From a virus: a stretch of DNA of 64,000 bases. Positions 57,341 to 64,000 of this stretch are shown here, piece by piece. Both the position numbers and the translations under genes were made by a program. Where the stretch lies: the IMG/VR virus record IMGVR_UViG_3300044632_001218; one strand, written 5' to 3'. How positions within the stretch are numbered: position 1 is the stretch's first letter; every line of letters starts with the position of its first letter. The notes beneath the pieces were generated by a model. The model was not told where the DNA came from. It searched no databases and saw only the letters and a program-made list of their open reading frames with translations.

Positions 57341-59829
57341 ACTTTTACACGAATGTAGTTCTTGTTGGAAATGAAATACTTTCCAGAGGGTATTCTAACG
57401 GAAAACATTATAAAAACAGAGAGGATTTTTATCCAACTCTTTATGTTCAGACGAATAAAAAGACTAAGTTTAAAACCCTTGAAGGTAATTATGTAGAAGA
57501 AGTTAAACCAGGAACTATTCGTGAAACAAGAGATTTTATTAAAAGATATGAAAATGTAGAAAATTTTCAACTATCTGGAAATACCAGATACATCAATCAA
57601 TATATTACAGAAAACTATCCTGATGAAATCAAGTTTGATATTTCTAAAATTAGATTGATTACTATTGACATTGAGGTTGCTTCTGAAAATGGGTTTCCTG
57701 ATGTTAAGAGTTGTGCAGAAGAACTTCTGACAATTACTATTCAAGATTATAATACAAAAGAGATTACTACTTGGGGAGTAAAACCATTCAATAACAAACA
57801 AAAAAATGTAACTTATCATTTGTGTTCTGGAGAAGCAGACCTGTTAGACCAGTTTATTTTCTGGTGGGAAAACTATTCTCCAGAAGTTATTACTGGTTGG
57901 AACTGTGATTTGTATGATATTCCATACATCTATGGAAGGATGTGTAGAATTATTGGTGAGAAAGTTGCTAAACAACTTTCTCCTTGGGGAATTGTCACAG
58001 AAAATGAAGTCTTCATAAAAGGTAGGACTCATAGTAGATATGATATTGCTGGGGTAACTATTCTTGACTATCTTGAACTTTATAAGAAATTTACATATAA
58101 AGCACAAGAATCATATCGTCTGGACCACATTGCTGATGTAGAGCTTGGTCAGAAAAAACTTGACCACTCTGAGTTTGATACTTTTAAAGAGTTTTATACC
58201 AAAGGTTGGCAGAAGTTTGTTGAATACAACATCGTTGACGTGGAACTTGTTGACCGTTTGGAAGACAAGATGAAACTGATTGAGTTGGCAATTACTATGG
58301 CTTATGATGCTAAAGTAAATTATAATGATGTATTCTTTCAGGTAAGGACTTGGGATTCTATTATCTACAATTATTTGAAGGAACGAAATATTGTTATTCC
58401 TTTCAAAAAAGAAACTAAAAAAGATGCTAAGTTTGCTGGTGCTTATGTAAAAGAACCTATTCCTGGAAAGTATGATTGGGTTGTGTCTTTTGACCTCAAC
58501 TCCCTATATCCACACCTTCTGATGATGTATAACATTAGTCCAGAAACTTATGTTGGTATGAAACATCCAACAGCAACTGTTGATAGGATTTTGCAACAAT
58601 CTATAGATTTTTCTGATTACAAAGACTATGCAGTTTGTGCTAATGGTGCAATGTATAGAAAGGATATTAAAGGATTTCTTCCAGAGTTGATGGAAAAGAT
58701 GTATAGTGATCGTGTCATCTATAAAAAGAAGATGCTTGTTGCTAAACAACAGTATGAAAAAACTCCCACTAAAGAGTTGGAAAAAGAAATTGCCAGATGT
58801 AATAACATTCAGATGGCAAAGAAGATTTCTCTAAACTCTGCTTATGGTGCTGTTGGCAATGAATACTTCAGATACTTCAAGTTGGAAAATGCAGAAGCAG
58901 TTACACTTTCTGGTCAAGTTTCAATTAGATGGATTGAAAATAAACTTAATGAATATCTGAACAAACTTCTCAAAACTGATGAGGTAGATTATGTTATTGC
59001 TGTGGATACTGATTCCGTGTATCTTAATATGGGTCCTTTGGTTGAAATTATATTCAAGGGACGAGAGAAAACTACTGAAAGCATTGTCACGTTCCTTGAT
59101 AAGATCTGTCAGGTGGAACTTGAAAAGTATATTGAAGGTTGCTACCAAGAACTGGCGAACTATGTAAATGCCTATGAACAGAAGATGCAGATGAAGCGTG
59201 AGAACATTGCTGATCGTGGAATCTGGACTGCCAAGAAAAGATACATTCTCAATGTCTGGGATAGTGAAGGTGTTAGATATGAAACTCCTAAACTGAAGAT
59301 GATGGGTATTGAGGCAGTTAAATCTTCAACTCCTGCTCCTTGTAGGGTGAAAATTAAAGAAGCACTCAATATCATTATGACTAAGACTGAAGATGAGTTG
59401 ATTGATTTTGTGAGTAATTTTAAGAAAGAGTTTTCTAATCTTAACCCAGAAGACATTGCTTTTCCCAGATCAGTTAATGAACTTCTTAAGTATAAGTCAA
59501 ATCAAACAATTTATAGTAAAGGAACCCCTATTCACACCAGAGGAGCTTTGTTGTATAATCACTATATCAAAGATAAAAGTTTGGACTCAAAATATCCATT
59601 GATTAACAATGGTGAAAAAATCAAGTTCATTTTTCTAAAGAAGGCAAACCCAATTAGAGAAAATGTAATCTCATTCATTCAACAGTTTCCCAAGGAACTT
59701 GGATTAGTCAAATATGTAGATTATGATTTACAATTTGAAAAGAGTTTTATTGAACCACTCAAAAGCATTCTAAACTGTATTGGTTGGAATGTAGAAAAAA
59801 CAACAACATTAGATTCACTTTTTGCATAA
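57337..59829 (+). CDS. gp43: Family B DNA polymerase gp43
   Basis: Exo [12 protein letters not shown]; pol [18 protein letters not shown] and DTDS motifs; uninterrupted 830 aa. Confidence 0.98.
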   Translation: MNFYTNVVLVGNEILSRGYSNGKHYKNREDFYPTLYVQTNKKTKFKTLEGNYVEEVKPGTIRETRDFIKRYENVENFQLSGNTRYINQYITENYPDEIKFDISKIRLITIDIEVASENGFPDVKSCAEELLTITIQDYNTKEITTWGVKPFNNKQKNVTYHLCSGEADLLDQFIFWWENYSPEVITGWNCDLYDIPYIYGRMCRIIGEKVAKQLSPWGIVTENEVFIKGRTHSRYDIAGVTILDYLELYKKFTYKAQESYRLDHIADVELGQKKLDHSEFDTFKEFYTKGWQKFVEYNIVDVELVDRLEDKMKLIELAITMAYDAKVNYNDVFFQVRTWDSIIYNYLKERNIVIPFKKETKKDAKFAGAYVKEPIPGKYDWVVSFDLNSLYPHLLMMYNISPETYVGMKHPTATVDRILQQSIDFSDYKDYAVCANGAMYRKDIKGFLPELMEKMYSDRVIYKKKMLVAKQQYEKTPTKELEKEIARCNNIQMAKKISLNSAYGAVGNEYFRYFKLENAEAVTLSGQVSIRWIENKLNEYLNKLLKTDEVDYVIAVDTDSVYLNMGPLVEIIFKGREKTTESIVTFLDKICQVELEKYIEGCYQELANYVNAYEQKMQMKRENIADRGIWTAKKRYILNVWDSEGVRYETPKLKMMGIEAVKSSTPAPCRVKIKEALNIIMTKTEDELIDFVSNFKKEFSNLNPEDIAFPRSVNELLKYKSNQTIYSKGTPIHTRGALLYNHYIKDKSLDSKYPLINNGEKIKFIFLKKANPIRENVISFIQQFPKELGLVKYVDYDLQFEKSFIEPLKSILNCIGWNVEKTTTLDSLFA

Positions 59830-59831
59830 CT

Positions 59832-60836
59832 ATGGACTTTCTTAAAGATATCGTAAAGGAAATTGGTGGAGAATACACACAACTGGCAGCAGACATTGAT
59901 GAAACTGAAACATATGTGGACACAGGTAGTTACATATTCAATGCTCTTGTGTCTGGGAGTATCAATGGTGGTGTATCTGGTAACAAAATCACTGCAATTG
60001 CAGGTGAAAGTTCTACTGGAAAAACATTCTTCTCTCTTGCAGTTGTCAAGCATTTTCTTGATAATAATACTAATGGATATTGTCTGTATTTTGATACTGA
60101 AGCTGCAATAACAAAATCCATGCTTGAAAGTAGAGGATTGGATACCAGTAGAGTTGTAGTTGTTAATGTTGTTACTATTGAAGAGTTTAGGTCAAAGGCA
60201 CTTAAAGCAGTTGATTTGTATCTCAAAAGAAAAGAAGGAGAACGTAAACCTTGTATGTTTGTTCTTGATTCTCTTGGTATGCTTTCTACAGAAAAGGAAA
60301 TTCAAGATGCTTTAGATGATAAGCAAGTTCGTGACATGACTAAATCGCAACTTATCAAAGGTGCATTTAGAATGTTGACTCTTAAATTGGGACAAGCAAA
60401 GATTCCTATGATTGTAACTAATCACACTTATGATGTTGTTGGTTCATATGTACCAACTAAAGAAATGAGTGGTGGTTCTGGTCTTAAGTATGCAGCATCT
60501 ACAATCATCTATCTTTCTAAAAAGAAAGAAAAGGATGGCACTGAAGTAGTTGGTAATATCATCAAGGCAACAACCCACAAATCAAGGTTGAGTAAAGAAA
60601 ATAAAACAGTAGAGATTCGTCTTTATTATGATGAGAGGGGATTGGATAAGTATTATGGTCTTTTAGAGTTGGCGGAAAAATATGAAATCTTCAAGAAGGT
60701 GGGAACTCGTTATGATGTGGGAAATGGTATTACTCAGTTTGGAAAAACTATTATGGAAGCTCCACAGAAATACTTTACGCCAGAAATCCTCCAAGCACTT
60801 GATGAAGTAGCAAAAAAAGAATTTTCTTATGGTTGA
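59832..60836 (+). CDS. uvsX: RecA-like recombinase UvsX
   Basis: [19 protein letters not shown] and [10 protein letters not shown] motifs; ATG 59832. Confidence 0.95.
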   Translation: MDFLKDIVKEIGGEYTQLAADIDETETYVDTGSYIFNALVSGSINGGVSGNKITAIAGESSTGKTFFSLAVVKHFLDNNTNGYCLYFDTEAAITKSMLESRGLDTSRVVVVNVVTIEEFRSKALKAVDLYLKRKEGERKPCMFVLDSLGMLSTEKEIQDALDDKQVRDMTKSQLIKGAFRMLTLKLGQAKIPMIVTNHTYDVVGSYVPTKEMSGGSGLKYAASTIIYLSKKKEKDGTEVVGNIIKATTHKSRLSKENKTVEIRLYYDERGLDKYYGLLELAEKYEIFKKVGTRYDVGNGITQFGKTIMEAPQKYFTPEILQALDEVAKKEFSYG

Positions 60837-60841
60837 TTTGA

Positions 60842-62221
60842 ATGGATAGTATTGAAGTTACAATTTTAAGAAATTTACTTTTTAATAATGAATATTGCAG
60901 AAAGGTTTTACCTTTTATTAAATTAGATTATTTTGAGAACTTTCATGAGAAAGTTCTCTTTGATGAAATGAGTAAGTTTATCACTACATATGACAGTCTT
61001 GCTACCAAAGAAGTTCTCTTGATTGAGGCAGAAAAAAGAACTGATATTAGTGAAGATACTTATAAAACAATCTGTGAATATGTTTCTAATCTTGATGATT
61101 CCCCAGCAGAACTCAACTGGTTGATTGACACTACAGAAAAGTGGTGTAGAGATCGTGCCATTTATCTGGCACTCATGGAATCAATTAAAATTGCTGATGG
61201 TCAGGAAGAAACAAAATCAAGAGATGCCATTCCATCTATTTTGCAAGAAGCACTTGCTATTGGATTTGACCACAATATTGGACATGATTACTTAAATGAC
61301 TATGAACAAAGATATGAATCATATCACAGGAAGGAAGACAAAATTCCATTTGACCTTGATTACTTCAACAAAATTACAAAAGGTGGCATACCTAATAAGA
61401 CTCTCAATATCGCTTTGGCTGGCACAGGTGTCGGGAAAAGTTTATTCATGTGCCATATGGCTAGCTCCGTCCTCCTGCAAGGGCGCAATGTTCTCTACAT
61501 TACACTTGAAATGGCAGAAGAAAGGATTGCTGAAAGAATTGATGCAAATCTTTTGAATGTTAATATCAAAGATATTGAAGAACTTCCCAAGAAAGTTTTT
61601 GAAACTAAAGTAAATAGCATTAGTAAAAAGACTCAAGGGACTTTAATTATTAAAGAATACCCTACTGCTTCTGCTCATACAGGGCACTTTAAGGCACTTC
61701 TCAATGAACTTTCTCTCAAGAAATCATTTAGACCTGATATTATTTTCATTGACTACCTTAATATTTGTGGTTCCTCTAGGTATAAGGCAAACTTTTCAGT
61801 CAATTCTTATAGTTATGTCAAAGCAATTGCTGAAGAACTTAGAGGTTTGGCAGTGGAATTCAATGTTCCCATTGTCTCTGCTACCCAGACTACCCGCAGT
61901 GGTTATGGCAACTCTGATGTTGAACTTACTGATACTAGTGAGTCCTTTGGTCTCCCTGCTACTGCTGATCTTATGTTTGCCCTTATTAGCACTGAAGAGT
62001 TGGAGCAACTTGGGCAGATTATGGTAAAGCAATTGAAAAATAGATATAATGACCCTACCATCAATAAAAGATTTGTTGTTGGTATTGATAGAGCAAAAAT
62101 GAGACTCTATGATTGTGAACAGAAGGCACAAGATAATATTCTTGACTCTGGAAAGGAAGAGGAGTATACTTATGAAGAAGAACCTAAAAAAGACAAATTC
62201 GCTGGATTTAAATTCTCATGA
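60842..62221 (+). CDS. gp41: Replicative helicase gp41
   Basis: AGTGVGKS, ITLEMAEE, IKEYPT, FIDYLN, SATQT and QLKNRY motifs; no intein. Confidence 0.97.
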   Translation: MDSIEVTILRNLLFNNEYCRKVLPFIKLDYFENFHEKVLFDEMSKFITTYDSLATKEVLLIEAEKRTDISEDTYKTICEYVSNLDDSPAELNWLIDTTEKWCRDRAIYLALMESIKIADGQEETKSRDAIPSILQEALAIGFDHNIGHDYLNDYEQRYESYHRKEDKIPFDLDYFNKITKGGIPNKTLNIALAGTGVGKSLFMCHMASSVLLQGRNVLYITLEMAEERIAERIDANLLNVNIKDIEELPKKVFETKVNSISKKTQGTLIIKEYPTASAHTGHFKALLNELSLKKSFRPDIIFIDYLNICGSSRYKANFSVNSYSYVKAIAEELRGLAVEFNVPIVSATQTTRSGYGNSDVELTDTSESFGLPATADLMFALISTEELEQLGQIMVKQLKNRYNDPTINKRFVVGIDRAKMRLYDCEQKAQDNILDSGKEEEYTYEEEPKKDKFAGFKFS

Positions 62222-62628
62222 TTGATAAAGTTGATTTTAACAAGTATAAAAACTTTGTAGATGCAGTTACATCAGATGCATCAAAAGATTTTGTAGCATT
62301 TTCAGATCGTATTGTAGAACTGGATCGCAAAGGTGCTAATATTGAACGCCTTCTCACTGCTGGTGTTGGCATCAATGCTGAAGGTGGTGAGTTTCTTGAG
62401 ATTGTTAAGAAGATGATTTTTCAAGGTAAGCCATGGAATGAAGATAACAAAGACCACCTGATTACTGAACTTGGTGATATGATGTGGTATGTTATGCAGG
62501 CATGTATTGCTCTTGAAGTTCCTTTGGATTATGTGGTTTCGAGGAATGTTGACAAACTGATGAAGCGTTATCCTGAAGGTGCATTTGATGTATTCTATTC
62601 GGAACATCGTTCTGAAGACGATAGATAA
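62218..62628 (+). CDS. mazG: MazG-like NTP pyrophosphohydrolase
   Basis: GINAEGGEFLEIVKK and ELGDMMWY motifs. Confidence 0.92.
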   Translation: MIDKVDFNKYKNFVDAVTSDASKDFVAFSDRIVELDRKGANIERLLTAGVGINAEGGEFLEIVKKMIFQGKPWNEDNKDHLITELGDMMWYVMQACIALEVPLDYVVSRNVDKLMKRYPEGAFDVFYSEHRSEDDR

Positions 62629-62640
62629 TAATAAAAACCT

Positions 62641-63411
62641 ATGACTGCAAAATTTGATAGGTATGAAATACTAATTGCAGAAGAGATTAATAAAATAAAA
62701 GGTCTTACTGCGATAAGACCTGCATCAAATGTTCATTATTCTGATGTAAAAATTACAAAAAATGGAAAAACCTCTTTTGTAGAAGTAAAGATGGAAGATA
62801 GTAAGGGACAATATCCACAAATTGTAAATACAAGATTTAATTATAATATTACATTACCTGGAAAATGGGGATCTACTAATCCTGGTGCAGCAGCTGAATT
62901 TATGGTAGATAAACTAAATTCCTCAACGATAACAAAAAATATTGTAAAAGAATTATCTCAATTTATTAAAATACCTTTAGATAAATTAAAGATTCCAACA
63001 ACTTTTGGAAATTTAAAAAAATATGCTGATGTATCTCCATCTAAAGAACAAATTAAAAAATTTTTTTCTGATGGTGGAGGAATAAGAGGTAGGCAATATA
63101 TTTTTGAAATTAAAAATATAGATATGAGTGAACTAGCTAAATTACATTATATGACTGGAAAAACATTTCCTGCAGACTACATACAACTGGGAGACAATTT
63201 TTTTAGAATGAATGAACATGATACTTTTAATCTTAAACATGTTCCTATGTTAAATGGAAAAGGAAATTTGTTAGTTAGATTTTCTATACTAAATTCAAAA
63301 AATTATTATGAAATTCAACCTGAAGCAAAGTTTAATAAAAATAGTATTGTAAAAAGTCAATATTCATTTCACCCAGGAACTAAAAAGTTAAACCCATTTT
63401 TTTCTTTATAA
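62641..63411 (+). CDS. Hypothetical protein with a putative PD-(D/E)xK nuclease motif
   Basis: YSDVKITKNGKTSFVEVK (D-x12-E-x-K). Confidence 0.5.
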   Translation: MTAKFDRYEILIAEEINKIKGLTAIRPASNVHYSDVKITKNGKTSFVEVKMEDSKGQYPQIVNTRFNYNITLPGKWGSTNPGAAAEFMVDKLNSSTITKNIVKELSQFIKIPLDKLKIPTTFGNLKKYADVSPSKEQIKKFFSDGGGIRGRQYIFEIKNIDMSELAKLHYMTGKTFPADYIQLGDNFFRMNEHDTFNLKHVPMLNGKGNLLVRFSILNSKNYYEIQPEAKFNKNSIVKSQYSFHPGTKKLNPFFSL

Positions 63412-63413
63412 CT

Positions 63414-64000
63414 ATGGCAACAGAAACAGATTTATTTGAAGCAGCTTCTATAGTTACTTTTTATTATGCGATAGATAAAGGTGCCAACTTAATCCCCAAT
63501 CAGGATTTAATTCTTTTTGAAGATTTGAAAAAAGAATTTCCTAATATGGATAAAGAATGGTATGAAGGTTTGCTCAAACAAGCAAGAGCACTTGTAAAAT
63601 ATCTTTCTCATTCTGAAGGTGCTGAAGATACTTCTTGGAAATATGCAAGATATGGTGGTAAAACAAAAACTCTACCTCCAAATAAAGATACTGATATCTA
63701 TGATTATATTTGGAATAGTTTTAATAGACAGCAGCAACAATTATTTACAGGTAAAAAAGATAGTTGGAATACTACAGATGTCTATATGGTAAAATCATCT
63801 GAAGAATATAAAATTAAACAAATGGTAGATTTGTTAAAAGATGAATTTTCAGATGGAACAACTGCACCAGAAGTATTTGTTGGAACTGTTAATGCTTACT
63901 TGAGCCAACTTTTAAGAGATAAAAAACTTGTAGGTATTTCTCTTAAAAAGCCAACAAAGGCAGAACCAGAATCTCATGTATATGAAACCAATCTTGATGT
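63414..64000 (+). CDS. 5'-part of a hypothetical phage protein, possibly restriction-endonuclease-like; runs off the window end
   Basis: Open frame from ATG 63414 to the end; KDSWNTTDVY...LVGISLKK motif. Confidence 0.65.
   Translation, partial: MATETDLFEAASIVTFYYAIDKGANLIPNQDLILFEDLKKEFPNMDKEWYEGLLKQARALVKYLSHSEGAEDTSWKYARYGGKTKTLPPNKDTDIYDYIWNSFNRQQQQLFTGKKDSWNTTDVYMVKSSEEYKIKQMVDLLKDEFSDGTTAPEVFVGTVNAYLSQLLRDKKLVGISLKKPTKAEPESHVYETNLD

Noticed and set aside
34906-62221. Introns or inteins in gp17, gp20, gp41, gp43 and uvsX
   Set aside because: All have normal lengths and continuous motifs; no intein C-terminal HN or LAGLIDADG signature was seen.
6921-62607. Many 60-150-aa minus-strand and nested + strand ORFs within large structural and replication genes
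   Set aside because: Fully overlap well-conserved genes and show no independent RBS, promoter or recognisable motif; expected from codon bias.
1-64000. tRNA genes, a diversity-generating retroelement, photosynthesis auxiliary genes
   Set aside because: No cloverleaf/T-loop signature, no reverse transcriptase, and no psbA/hli-like ORF recognised by eye in this window; a tRNAscan run would be needed to exclude tRNAs formally.

Overview
This window is part of a T4-like cyanophage (cyanomyovirus) genome, and essentially all genes are on the + strand. (1) 1-2774: an early/host-takeover region of small genes. Four sit behind a repeated cassette of a 24-bp palindrome plus a sigma70-type promoter whose -10 box lies exactly 6 nt from the ATG, which suggests leaderless mRNAs. 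The genes include a HAD phosphatase and an ArdA-like antirestriction protein. (2) About 2730-3435: a non-coding control region with nine exact DnaA-box 9-mers (eight TTTTCCACA, one TTATCCACA), an 87-nt C-free tract, divergent sigma70 promoters and A-tract repeats. It looks like a cyanobacterial oriC carried by a phage and is the most striking signal in the window. (3) 3435-6330: small conserved genes and a glycosyltransferase. (4) 6359-45896: virion module (gp25, gp6, gp7-like, gp8, DUF4815/VrlC-like, gp13-gp23, gp3), with a free-standing GIY-YIG homing endonuclease and candidate protease-processed internal head proteins. (5) 45893-64000: recombination/replication module (uvsY, uvsW, gp55, gp47, gp46, gp45, gp44, dam, gp62, regA, hsp20, a late-promoter nucleotidyltransferase, gp43, uvsX, gp41, mazG, two nuclease-like ORFs). 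I saw no tRNA, rRNA, CRISPR array, intron or intein. All family assignments come from recognising motifs and synteny by eye; no database searches were run.
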